Part shown: piece after piece, positions 1 to 12,140 of the stretch
How positions within the stretch are numbered: the first letter of the stretch is position 1
How the letters are laid out: every line of letters begins with the position of its first letter
Source of the DNA: the human T2T-CHM13v2.0 reference genome, Homo sapiens
DNA length: 64,000 bases
Direction: 5' to 3' (one strand)
NCBI RefSeq assembly: GCF_009914755.1
Contig: NC_060936.1
The notes under the pieces: generated by a model
What the model saw: the letters and a program-made list of their open reading frames with translations, nothing else
Told to the model about the DNA's origin: nothing
The model's database searches: none
Made by a program: the position numbers and the translations under genes

Positions 1-29
1 GCGTCCATACCACAGGCTCCCACACACAC

Positions 30-170
30 TGTATTTGCTTCCATCACAGCACTCACCACACAAAATATGATTACCAATTTATCTGTTCATCTCTCTCTCT
101 AGACTGTGAGCTTCTCAAGAGTGGAGACAAGGTCTAATTTATCTGTGAAACCACAGCCCTAATAGCAAAT
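30..170 (+). mobile_element. L2 3'-end fragment
   Basis: ctagactgtgagcttctcaagagtggagac... resembles L2 3' end. Confidence 0.6.
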
Positions 171-1239
171 GGCCACCATACTATATAGCTGGTTAACCTG
201 TGTGGCTTCTGTAAGGGAATTCACAGGAAGAAGGGGATAAATAGACTTTATTGGTAATAAGAAAGAGAAGAGGGGAGAAAAAGAAAGAAAAAGAAAGCTA
301 TCCTTATTAATTGCTTGCAATAGATTAATACATTTATCTGTACAGGTCTTATACCTAAGCACAATTGATATATCAAAAGTGGATCTGTGTATATATAGCA
401 GTAAGAGAGAAAATTATTAAAGATTTTTATTGGGTTTTTTTTTGGTTGGGGGTGTGAAGAAAGAAGTCAACGTGTATATGGTGATATAAAAATAAAAATG
501 TATATAAGGACCTTAAGGATGTGTCTATATGTGCATGTCAGGTGCCCACACGGAATGTGTTAGAGCTTCCGTAAAGGAAGTGAGAGATATTAGAAAAAAG
601 ACTCAACCCAATTCTCTTTCTAAAAATATTCAGATCTCTGAAGCACTCGATTCTAGAATCAGTTCTCAATAACAGTCCCCGTTGTGTTAATGAAACTGTA
701 ACTCATCTTACCCACTCACCTTTATACAGTGTCCGCAGGAATCCACAAATTAGGATATAGTTAGCAACGGTCCTCCTGAATGGCATTACAGAAATGAAAC
801 TAAAATACTCTGAAAGCCTAATACTGCTTCAGGAAAATCTCCACCCTGTTTAGGAGCCCTGTGTTCTATCCCATGGAACCTCTCCTCCTATGTTTCCTCT
901 CTCCTTCCTGCATTCCTCCGGTGAGAACCTCCCTATCTGTACTTCCCCTCTCTATCACTTGCCCCCGTCTTTCTTTTTCATAGATTGTTGAAAACTATTT
1001 AAAAGATCCTGAATATCAAAGTCTGTCTTCTTCTGGCCATGTATTTAAGGTATATAATAGCATGAGGTTTCCAATCCCCCAGGAGCTGGGCATGAAAATA
1101 AAATGTTAGAACTTCTATTTATATTTATTTTTATCTCACCCACTTTTAATTTCTGTTTTTTTGCATGCTTTATAATGAACACAACATATTAGACAGTATA
1201 CACATATAATTATGTACTAAATAAACATGCTGGTCATTG

Positions 1240-1812
1240 GCATTCCAGTTCTGTAGGGCTGCATAACAAACCACCCCAAAACTTGGTAGCATAAAATAAC
1301 AACCAGTGTATTACGCTCACAAATTCTGAGGGTTAGGAGTTTGGGTAGGGCACAGCTGTGATTGTTTGATTCATTTCCATGACTTTTGGAGCCTCAGTTG
1401 AGAAGACCCAAGCATCTGGGAAGTGACTCCAGGGATGCATGCTAGAATCATCTGAAACTTCTCAACTTACATGGCTGACACCTGGGCTCAGCCAGGACCA
1501 CTGACCAGAGTACCTACACATGACCTGTCTGTGTGGCTTCTCACAGCATGGCAGCAGGGATGTCCAAAGGACAAATGAACCGAGGGAACCAGATAGACGC
1601 TGCATGGCCTTTTCTGACCTGGCCTCAGAAGTCACGTAGAGCCATGCTCTTCATACTCAATTAGTCAATGCAATTATGAAGCTGCCCAGATACAAGGGGA
1701 GGGGGCTGGACTCTCCACACCATGATGTGCAGTAATGACCAGGTCACATTGCAGAGGAGAATGTGGGATGGGAGAGATTGTTGTAGTTACCTTTGGAAAA
1801 TAATCTACACCA
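1240..1812 (-). mobile_element. MLT1-family (ERVL-MaLR) solo LTR
   Basis: gctgcataacaaaccaccccaaaacttggtagc...gctagaatcatctgaa...ggcttctcacagcatggcag...tttggaaaataatctacacca. Confidence 0.8.
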
Positions 1813-2295
1813 ATTTGCTTATTCACTCTGAGATCTGTCCCCCATCCCTTCTCTTTACTGCTCTTTATTGCAGAGAGCAAAAACCTTGCAGACCACATTT
1901 CCAAGCCTCCCGTGCCAAATAGATTCTGGCTAGGATTTACCAATGGAGATACTGCCAAGAGATGGTGGGGGTGCTGGAGAGAGGAGAAGCTACAATATAT
2001 CTCCCCCTTTCTCTCTGCTTTGGTCAGCATCTTCCCAGGAGCTGTATCTCCTCCCTGACTGACATTCTCTGCCAGGCAGCCACCACTTGTTCCATTCTCA
2101 GTGGACAAGTTCTACCTTGTTCCCTGTGACCCAAAGGTTCACACTGGCTTCCTGCTTTGCTGATCTGGGGTTGCACATGGGGTTGGCCATGCCCCATTTA
2201 GCTTTCAGCTCTTCTTATCCCTTTGTCCCTGATTCCCAGCATTAAATTCTCCCTTTTGAATTACCTAGTATGGGCTGTTTTCTTCACTGAATAAT
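1813..2295 (+). mobile_element. LTR33-like ERVL LTR
   Basis: ccacatttccaagcctccc...ccaatggagatactg...ggagaagc...attaaattctcccttttgaattacctagta...ttttcttcactga. Confidence 0.65.
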
Positions 2296-2920
2296 AATAT
2301 ACACAGACTAGGGATAAAAACCCCCAAATGTTTTACTCATCAAAATGTGGGATTTGAAAAGCATGTAGACTATTGACATAGTTTCAAAACCTTGGAATGG
2401 GAGTCAGGCTGCCTGAGTTCTGGCCCTGGACCAGGCATAGCTACGTACTTTGGTATTTGCTTAGCCCATCGGCCTTAGTGTCCTCAGCCACACAATGAGT
2501 TGTCCTCTTTGGTGCTAACATTCTGTGATTCTATCTTTCAGATATAATCTGCCTACTAGGTCTGGGCCTAACCCACAATGGCATTGATTCTGAACGTCTC
2601 ACCTCAGCACTAAAAAATATCTCAGCACAAACAAACGTAATTTGCTACATGATTCAACAAAGGGTGCTGGCCAGGTTAGAGATACTAGAGCCATCTCCAC
2701 TGCAACAACTGGCCCCTGACATTTCACCTGAGGTTGAAATGGGACAGATGGAGCCAGCACATCCGGTTAATGTGGGAGCTCAGAGCACTTCTACCTCCTC
2801 AGCTTTAGATAAAAGCAAGACAGCATTGGTCATCAGGCTCTTACAAGTAAATCTGGCCATCTGCAGACTGAGTCACATCCAAGTTCAGGGGAACCACTGG
2901 GTGACATTCATATGAAAGTA

Positions 2921-3182
2921 CTGTAATCCCAGCACTTTGGGAGGCCGAGGCGGGTGGATCACTTGAGGTCAGGAGTTCAAGGCTAGCCTGGCCAACATGG
3001 TGAAACACCATCTCTACCATAAATATAAAAAAATTACCTGGGTGCGATGGTGCACACCTGTAATCGCAGCTACTCTGGAGGCTGAAGCAGAATCACTTGA
3101 ACCTGGGAGGTGGAGGTTGCTGTGAGCCGAGATCTTGCCACTATACTCTAGCCTGGGTGACAGAGTGAGACTCCGTCTCAGG

Positions 3183-3221
<39 letters not shown>
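2921..3221 (+). mobile_element. AluS (Sx/Sz-like), 5'-truncated ~20 bp, 39-nt poly(A)
   Basis: Begins ctgtaatcccagcactttgggaggccgagg; dimeric Alu; A-run 3183-3221. Confidence 0.95.
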
Positions 3222-3223
<2 letters not shown>

Positions 3224-4194
3224 TTTTCTTCTTTGAAGGGACAAAAAAAATCTTATGACACAAAAGGAACATAATTTGTTGCAAAAGGGAAGAAAAATTG
3301 TGCAACTGAGACCTCCAATTATACCATCACAAGGAATAGCTTTAGAGAAATGCTTTCATTATAGAACTGATAGAAACAGGGACAAAGTCATGTGGTTGCC
3401 CTTTTTTAGGCACATAAATGAGCCTTCCCCAATGTACCCATCCTTTGTCTCTTTTCTATTCCAGGAGAAGAAGATTTGACAAAATTGATCATGCATTTAA
3501 CAAAACATCTTTTAAGATATTTGAAGTAAATAAAATATTATAATAAACTATAAACAAATGTGACCACATATTTTAAGGTCAAATATTCTATTTGATTGGA
3601 TATTATTTGAGGCAAATGGGTTACATATTTATTTAGACCTAGCATTCCTTGTTAGCAGAGAGATTTTCATGCTATTTCTTGTAGCAGGATCTGACCTATA
3701 GATAAACCTAAGTACTATTCAGAAACACAAGCTGGCAAAATGCAAATCCAAAACCAAAATCTGAAAGTAATATCAAAGATGCTGAAAGATTAACAGAAAG
3801 GACAGAAGACTCACCACACGTCTGCAGCAGACATAGAATCTTGCCTAAATCATTATGTTGGCTCTATTTGAACAGGGTAGAACCTGTGAGGCATTCAAAT
3901 TCAAAACTTTACTTCGATGATTTCAAGGAGCAAGAAACAGCTGAACCGGTTCTAACTGAAGCAAAATGTCCTTATTCTACTCAGCTAAAGTCAGTTATGC
4001 ATCCAAATAATTTTGAGATGAAATGAGCAGAATTCATCATGTACACTGGAGCCGGCTTCTTCACTTAACTCAATTCCACCTTTGGGCCTATATATGGCAT
4101 ACAATACTTTGAAACTACAAAACAAGTAGAAAAGGCAAATGAAGAGATAAAGGTAAGCAGCCAGTGGTTTCAATTAAGACACAAAGAGCCATCC

Positions 4195-4795
4195 CATTTA
4201 ATGTGCCTGCTGTATGCAATGCACTTTTCTAGAGTACGTGCAGTGTGAAGATCAAGAAGATGCAGCCTGGCTCTCCAGGGGGCCCCAGCTGCATGGTGGC
4301 ACCAGACGCGTATATTAATAACTTGCAAATAAGACAAGGGTGACAAGGGCTGTTGAGAATACAGAGTGATACGTAAGAATGCAGGAGAGAAAAATGCGTC
4401 CCCTGTTTGAAGGATATGGGAAGGCTTCCTAGAGGAGGTGAGGTTGCAGCGACACCTTGAAGAACTTACTTGCAGAACTTTGACAGTGCTGGGATGGAGT
4501 AGGGGATATGTCTGACCAAAGGCAGGAACGGCCTGAGCAAAGCCAAAGAAATGTGTCAAGGGCACTAAGTGTGTCAAGTGTGCACTAAGTGCACGAATGA
4601 GCTGGAGCAGAAAGAGGAGGAAGCAATGCAGTGGGCAGGAGGCGACAAAGGCCGTGAGAGATGAACCACGGACGCCCAGGCACGCTGCGGAGGAAAACAA
4701 GGACTTCATTCTGCACGCAATAATGAGCCATTAAAGGCTTCCGAGGAGGCAGATATGATTAGATCTCTGATTTAAATGACAACTCGTGGCAATTT
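4195..4795 (-). mobile_element. L2 fragment
   Basis: atttaatgtgcctgctgtatgc...ggaaggcttcctagaggaggtga...gagccattaaaggctt...atgattagatct. Confidence 0.65.
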
Positions 4796-6339
4796 GAGTT
4801 ATGTTCTTAAAATCTACATTCCTCAGAGAAAATTTTGCAAAAATCTCTTATCAGGGCAGTAACTCTTTCTCTCTGTCACAGCTGCCCTGAATTCTCCTAC
4901 CCTCATTCTGTTCTATAAGCCTCTGTGTGAAAACAAGCGCCTTTTTCTCCAAGTCGTTTCCTCCAACTGTTCGTTCCGTATGGACTCTGGGTGCCCTGTG
5001 TGGGCTCACATCTGTCTGCCCAGCAACGAGCCGCATCATCACGAGCATACCTGGAGGGTCTTCTGGGGACTCACCAGTAAGCCCGTGAGCCACAGAACAA
5101 AACTTCCATTTCCCTGTAAACATATTCACGGCAATGAAGCGCACAACGGAACATTTTTACGTGGATGAATAGCATCCATGTCCCTTAAACAGTTAACTCT
5201 GAGGTTAACTTCTTCCACGATTTCTCTAGACTCAAGAGAGTCAGAGTTCAGATCCTCCCTCTAGTCCTGCAATTAAAGACTCTGAATTTCTAAGGAAAGT
5301 TCTTTTTCGTCCTCTACCCTTAATTTCTGTGTATAAACAGACTCAATTTATCTAGGGCGAGAATTCCAATGCTGTATGTCCCACAGGTTAAAGAGAGTTC
5401 AGGTTATTTTCTTATAGGCATAAAAAATAAATTAGATTAAAATTCAAGTGGAGCAGAATAGTGAACAAGAAAAGAGAAAGAAACCAGCAAAGACAGGGTC
5501 AGGCCACACCATGCCATACCATCAACCTATTGCTTCCATTAGCTGTTCTCTTGGGGATCTGTCATTTTCTGTTGCTTCCACTGGACTCGGCTCGGCTGCA
5601 ACAAGTCTGCCATTGGGAGCCTCTCCTGGGAGGTCGGCCTCAGTAAATATAGTAACTAGTATTTTTGATGTAATGCAGGATATGGGAAGAAAGGTACTTA
5701 GGGCATTTGGTGTGTATACCATATACATGTGTATGGGTACACACACAAGCTTGAGACAGAGAGAGAGAGGACTGCAAAGAGAGGCTTCTACCATAAAGCA
5801 CTACTGAGGTATCTCTCCGTGGAAATTAAAGACAGAAGCACCCAATGAACTCATCTTCATCTCATTGGTAACCTTCCACTGGGCCAGATGGAGAAGGCTA
5901 ATGCTATAATATATTAGAGCCCCCTCCACCCCAATCTCTGAGAAGCAGTTCAGCTTCCTCCCATGACCTGTCTCCTGTGGGAAGAGGCGAGAACCACACA
6001 GGAACGAGTGCTGAGCTCCTATAAGGCTACTAGAAGGGAAGAGACCCACCCATGAGCTGGCGGTTTCTCCTCCACAAATGCCTCCCACCCAGTGCCGACT
6101 CCCCAGCACAGCAGTCGGCTCCCTCATCTCTCTTGCCTCCCTTGATGACGATGCAGGCTCTGCGGAGGCCCATCTTGGGTGAGCTCCCACATTCTGAATC
6201 TTCGTGGTTTACTGTAACCTCCCAGAGGATGAAAAGGGAAGGGAGATGTGAAAACCCAGATTAGGCAAATTACTAACCCTGACAAATATAAGGACATAAC
6301 GAATCTGGAGCTGACATGTCCAAGGAGGAAACCACAGGC

Positions 6340-6476
6340 TGCATATGACTGTTGGCACTTAAATTAACTGAAATTCTCCATTCTCACTAGTCACAGGTGG
6401 CTAGTGGCTATCACATTGGACAGTAAAGTTAGACAACATTTCCGTCACGGTAGAAAGTTTTATTGGACAGCGCTGG
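6340..6476. mobile_element. MER3-like hAT-Charlie fragment
   Basis: gtggctagtggctatcacattggacag...aacatttccgtcacggtagaaagttttattggacagcgctg. Confidence 0.75.
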
Positions 6477-6679
6477 TCTCAAGTCTCTTGGGAAGAGGTC
6501 TATTTGCACCTTGGATTAGGAATAAAATGTAGTGTTTGTGATAAAGTGAAAAGAGCACTAATTAGGATTAATTCTAGGCTGAGTTTTACTAATAGTGGAC
6601 TAATAATGGCAACACAATCTGTAAAAATAATGGCACTGAAGTGGACTAAAGCTTTACCTTACAGAGTAAGATAAGGCAA

Positions 6680-6900
6680 CAGGGTTCAATGGAAAGCATG
6701 GGACCCCGGAATTCACAAGAACTGAGTCCAAACGCCAGCACAGTCCTGATGCCCAGGAGCAAGTCACATGAGCTGCCCTAGCCTTCACTTCCTCAGCTGC
6801 ATAATGGAACATCATCATCTATCTCATTTGCCAAATGAGGTCATAGATTTAAAATATACTTAAAAGTGTCCAGCTTGCTGCCAAATGCTAAACAAAAGCT
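6680..6900 (+). mobile_element. MIR
   Basis: MIR core: gagcaagtcacatgagc...cttcacttcctcagctgcataatgg. Confidence 0.6.
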
Positions 6901-7080
6901 GGGTGTACCCCCATAGGTTAGTACACAATATGTTTCTGTCTCCTTTTTCCCTAGGGAGGTTCTCATTAGCAGATGCCCAGGACATGGCACTGGTACCTTT
7001 TTCTCATACCACATGTCTCATCCCGTGGGCAACCTCTGACGGAGGCATTTTGTTGCCTGTGTTTGGCAAGCCCAGATTTG

Positions 7081-7170
7081 CTTCCTCCTCCTCCCTCCAC
7101 TCTTCCTCCTCCATGTTCTCCTTCTCCTCTTTCTCCTTCTCCTACTCCTCATCCTCCTCCTCTTCTTCCC
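7081..7170. repeat. CT-rich low-complexity tract
   Basis: cttcctcctcctccctccactcttcctcctcc... Confidence 0.8.
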
Positions 7171-7499
7171 ACCCACTACCAATACAACCACAAAAAGACG
7201 AGAAGATTATTTTAAAGTCACCCATAAAATATGCCCTTGAAGTCCCGCCTTGGCTTTGAGAGAGGGGAAAAAAGACGTTATAGAGACGTCATTTATTGAA
7301 GTCCTCCTCTATCCAGAGCACTTGATTTGGACCGCGGGAATTAGCTTAAAAGAAAAAAAAAGGGGGTGGAGGGGGAAAGAAACATACACATTTGGATATT
7401 CTCTAAAAATACTAAGGGATTCTTCATACACATCAGCAAGTGTAAATTAATGTAGGCCAAGTCTAATAAATACTTGTGACCAAAATGAGAGACGGAGTA

Positions 7500-8330
7500 A
7501 TAGGACACAGAGAATCTGGTGGGTTATTCAGGAAAGTTTCTTAGGGGAGTTCAAAATTGAGCCAGATTTTAAAGGAGGTGACAGACAGAGTTTGGCAAAA
7601 GGAGAGAAGGAGGCTTTCCAGGAAGGGGAATTATAACACTCTAAGGTGTAGAGACAGACAGGGAGGAGTTCCAATAGGTGAACGCCCAGAGACTGGGAGG
7701 GAGTAACACAAAGGCAGGCAGCCGCCAGGGTGGGGCCCGCAGGGAGAGGGAGGTCAGGCTGCAGAGGGCTTCCTGGGGAATTTCCTTTTGCTAATAAGCA
7801 GTAATGGAGAGCCACCGTGGATTGGTGAGTAGAGAAAACAGTGTTTAATGAAGACAATTCCAGCAGCTGTGTGGAGGGTGGAGGAGAGGAGGCGAGGTCC
7901 AGGCGGGGGATGCCAGCTAGAGTCCTGCACTAAGCAGTAGCCATGGAAATGGAAAATGAGGATCCAAGGAAACCATGCGGAGGGAGAACCGGCTGACATT
8001 GGCATGGAGTGGAAGTGGGGGATTTTGGAGAGGGGGCCAGTGGAAACTGGTGCCAGGACAGTGTGCCACTGGCAACCATAGAAATGTGTTGGCGAAGAGA
8101 TGCTGATTGAATGAAGGGAGAAGGGAGAGGAACAGTGGGTTTCTTTCTTTTTTTCTTTTTCTTTTTTTTTTTTTTTGGTCTTCACCATTTCCAATATTGG
8201 GAGAACATGCCAGGAGAGATTTTTCTATCCACCACTGGAGATATTATTATTCAGGATGATGGAACTGTAGATTGCAGAATGATCAAAACCAGTTTGTAAC
8301 TGAAACCAGGTGAGAAAATGAGCATTCAAG
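7500..8330 (-). mobile_element. L2 fragments
   Basis: caggaaagtttcttaggggag...ggagagccaccgtggatt...cagcagctgtgtggagggtgga. Confidence 0.55.
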
Positions 8331-8399
8331 GGAGTGGAGGACGGAGAAAAAACAGAATGGACGCTTGATTGAGGCTTGAGAAAATGGTGGCATAAGTGG

Positions 8400-8600
8400 A
8401 GCCGAGCTTTTCAGCCTCAGCAATGCTGACATTTTGCGATGCCTCATTCTTCATTTTCAAGGGCTGTCTCATGCATCCTAGGATGCTGAGCAGCATCCCA
8501 GGCCTCTACCCCTGCTCCCCACTCATGACAATGAAAACTGTCTGCAGACATTGGCAAATGTCCTTTGAGAGGAAAAACAGCCCCCAGTAGAGACCCATGG
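8400..8600. mobile_element. MER20 (hAT-Charlie)
   Basis: tcagcctcagcaatgctgacattttg...agcagcatcccaggcctctaccc...gtctgcagacattggcaaatgtcc. Confidence 0.85.
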
Positions 8601-8609
8601 GTTAGAGGT

Positions 8610-8860
8610 AATATTGATATTTATTAGACATTTATAATATGCCAGGTACTGTTCTAAGTCCTCTATAGGTATTAATGTATTTAATTCTCAAAACTATATT
8701 TTTAATCACTGTATTACTATTATTCTCCATTATTCCCAAATAAGGAAACCAAGACTCAGGAGTGATGTAATTTTTCAAAGTTTCCACCACTAAAACGTGG
8801 CAGCTTCAGGCAGTTTGACTCCAAGGCCCATGTTTTTTTACCAAAAGGCTCTACTGCCTT
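8610..8860 (-). mobile_element. MIR
   Basis: atttattagacatttataatatgccaggtactgttctaag...aataaggaaaccaagactcag. Confidence 0.7.
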
Positions 8861-10309
8861 TTTGTGGCAAGAGGATTCATATGCAAAAGCACTTTGAAGA
8901 CACCACAGGGGGACTGCGGAGAGGGTACTGGGGGCATGGAGGAGACCCCAAAGCATCAGGCCTAAGGCACTAAAAGAAGGCTCATACTACCTAAGAAACA
9001 GGGACCCCAGAGAGAGGGGCTGGGGGAAGACAATGAATTTTGTTTTGGATCAGTAAAGGTTTTAGGGTGACCACACTGAAAGCAGCAGTGAAGAAGCAGA
9101 GAAAACAGAACTTCCTGATGTCAGGGAAGACAGGAAGTATTGTGTGACAGCAAAGTCCGTAATGAAGAGACGGATTGGGTCAGGACAAAGGCAGTTGTAG
9201 CTGTAAAGAACAAAACAAAGTCCCCTCTGAAGCATCCAGCAAACAAAAGATAGACATGAGTGTTTATACTGGAAAGAGAATGATTATGGACCTTTACATC
9301 AAAGAATGATGATTTCTCAGCAAAGTGTGATGACACCATCAACTGAGACCAGGACTATGGAGGAGAGAATGCTCAGAGAGCCCATGTTTTGAGAGTGGGG
9401 TGGGTGCTTGTGAACAAAGGCTGGTCATGCCGTCATTCGTGATGATGGGCTCTGGAAGAAAGGATTCTGACGACTTTTTTTTTTTTTATCTGCCCTTAGT
9501 AGTGTGAGTGACAGAACACTAAAAGCAGATATGCCTGCAAGTGGGTGGGTCAGTACTGGAGAAGCTGAATTCCAGTTCGAGGAAACAGAGTGGCAGGGGA
9601 GGGAAGGAAGGGAAGCAACAAGGAATTCTAAGCCCAGGAGAAGGAAGCATTAGAGAATTCCACACTGAGAGGTAAGGTCAGTGATGTAAGTGAAGTGGAG
9701 GAAGCAAAGCCTGAAGTCACAAGGAGAGAGGATCCAGATCTTATGGGAGGGGTGAGAGAGATACCATAGGGAAGAAATGCTGCTGGACACCTGGACAAAG
9801 AGGCAATGTGGAAGAATTGGAGGGCACATTTTTGCCGGTAAGTGGTTGATCTGCAATGGAAATGTGCAAGAATCCATAAATCCAACATATTAAAAAAGTT
9901 AATTTAGTGTATATTTTGAAATATGTAGGAGAAAATGTAACAAAGTGCAAAAATGTTGACCATTTTAACTGAATAACTAAATAAACACTTGTTTTATTAA
10001 AATTAGACTAAGTTCTTTCCCTCTGGGCAATCTGGGCAATCCACTTACAATGAAAAATCTAAGAGTAGTTATTTCCACAGCATGAGGAGCTGTGTGCATA
10101 AAATTAGAGGGTTAAGAGCATTTATTTAATCAACCCACCACATCTTCTAGAAACGTAGGTCCAGCGGAATGGCAGACAAGAATCACTGGAGTCCCAAGAA
10201 GTCAGAGGCTGTCTTCCTCCCTTAGAGTGGAGGTTGCAGGCAGCACGGCTCAGGCACATATGAGACAAAGGAACGGGTGTGAGAGAGGTGGTGGGAGGGT
10301 CTGGAAGAG

Positions 10310-10420
10310 CAATTCTCAGACTTGGCTGTACATTAGAACCACCTGAGCAGCATTTCAAATATGCTGGTCCCTAAGACAGAAATCAGAATCAGTGCCCTTA
10401 TGAATATACCCTAAAGTTCT
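10310..10420. mobile_element. MER5-like fragment
   Basis: gcaattctcagacttggctgtacattagaaccacctgag. Confidence 0.6.
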
Positions 10421-10476
10421 TATACCCTGTGAAGAAATGGTTTTTCATTTGTATTCTCAGATTCTGTCTCTCTCAT

Positions 10477-10480
<4 letters not shown>

Positions 10481-10534
<54 letters not shown>
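10481..10534. repeat. (AC)27 microsatellite
   Basis: Perfect AC run. Confidence 0.97.
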
Positions 10535-10538
<4 letters not shown>

Positions 10539-11959
10539 ACGAAGCTGGCTCTTCCACACAGTGAACGGCAGGGAGCATGGCTTTGCTTGGCAGCTGCTTC
10601 TTCTTCCAGCTGCATCTGGGCTTGAACCCAACTGCACCGAGGAACCAGGCGGGAGCAGAGGGAGGCTCACGCTCTTCTTGTCTCCACATCTACTTCATGC
10701 CCACCCCTGATTCCAGTACCAAAGTGAGATCAAGACCCAATGCCTTAAATATATACCATCCCTTCTCCCATGGAAACAGAAGGGCTTCACAAAGATCAAT
10801 ATATCCACCAGCCTGCAGTTATTCAATTCAGATTTTAGAAAATTGCATTCGTTTTGTATAAAAGTAACCCTGAATTGCCTATGCTACAAGTAGGCACCGT
10901 ACTACAAATAACCTAAAACCAGAAACAATTTGAAATTGATTTATATTTGCCACTTGAATGCTTGACATTCTGTGAACTCACAATGCTTAATTCCTTTCCA
11001 AAATGTCTGTTTGCCACCATTTACAGGCAGGAGTGAGACAAAGAGATGTACACCAAGCAAATATCTGCCCGGCAGAGGACTGGATTATCACAGTGACCGT
11101 AACACCCAAGCAAGCCTTGGAGGCTGGCAGGCGGGCGGGCGGGCTGACCTCCACAAAGAAGTCACAAAAACTCCCTGGAGTCCAGACAGAACTTCCCAGG
11201 GGGGCAGAGCAGCTGTCGCTTTCTGATTCTCCCCCAGAAGAGTGCCAAAATTGCTGCCACCTCGTCGTCCGCTAGGCAAGGAAGGAGGAAGGGTGATAGG
11301 CACTGTCCCTCCCTGGGGAATGCAGTTAGACAGACCCTCTGTCTCCCCCTGGCTGTCAGAGAAGGCAGACCTCCTTTCAGCCCCTCACCCGCCACCTCTT
11401 CCTTTTACCCTGTTTTTCTCATCCTTCCTCTTCCTTTATTCTCTCCCTCCCTAGTTTTTCCCTCCTTAACACACAGGTGGAGAAAAAGCAGAGAAGCTGA
11501 TGGAAGTTCAGGTCCTGGCTATGGCACTTTCTTCTTTTTCATCAGTGTCACCCTCTCTTTTTAAAAAATTTCCCTCTTTCCTTGCTCCTGCCGTTCTCTC
11601 TAATAACCCAAGGCTCCCAGCCCCCAGGTCTCTCTGGATCGCCCCCTTGGACACACCTAATTTCTGGGCTTATTCTGTAACACTCCCAATTTCCTGAGGC
11701 TCTCCTAGGCACTCGGTTTCATACACTTTACTCCATCTCCCTCATCAGCAGAAATGAACGCACCCAGCTTCTGCAATTCTCCGCGGCATGACAGCTGTAG
11801 TGGAGGGTCGTTGAGGCACAGGCTGGGGTAGGCATTTATGTAAGAAAAACAAAAGAAGATGGAGAAGGCCAGCAAGGACCATCCCTTTTGCTTTTTCCTA
11901 CCGTACTGAGAAATCGGCAGCGTTACTCACAGGATATGGACAAGAGAGGCAGAGAGCTC

Positions 11960-12140
11960 AGTTCCAGGCGCTTTACATACTTCACCTCATCTAACCTTCA
12001 CATAACCTGCGTTTTACAGCAGAGGAAAAGCTGGCAGTCAAAAGTTGAAATGCCCTACCCAAAGTCACTCGGTGGCAATTCCAGGATTCTGAACTCAAGT
12101 CCCTTTGACATCAAAGACCCAGCTTTTGACTCCCATGGGC
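11960..12140 (-). mobile_element. MIR
   Basis: ttttacagcagaggaaaagctg...cccaaagtcac...ggattctgaactcaagtc. Confidence 0.6.

Larger units (their letters stand above)
1060..2375. mobile_element. hAT-Charlie (MER113-like) fossil split by LTR insertions (pieces ~1060-1225 and ~2295-2375)
   Basis: acttctatttatatttatttttt...tttataatg...catattag...aaataaacat, resuming atatacac...aaatgttttactcatc. Confidence 0.4.

Noticed and set aside
5448-6264. Overlapping ORFs (119, 90 and 129 aa) in unique intronic DNA
   Set aside because: No recognisable domain, several use non-ATG starts, and there are no convincing splice-site pairs; consistent with chance ORFs
10420-10710. ORFs with (HT)n/(CV)n runs
   Set aside because: Translation of the (AC)n microsatellite
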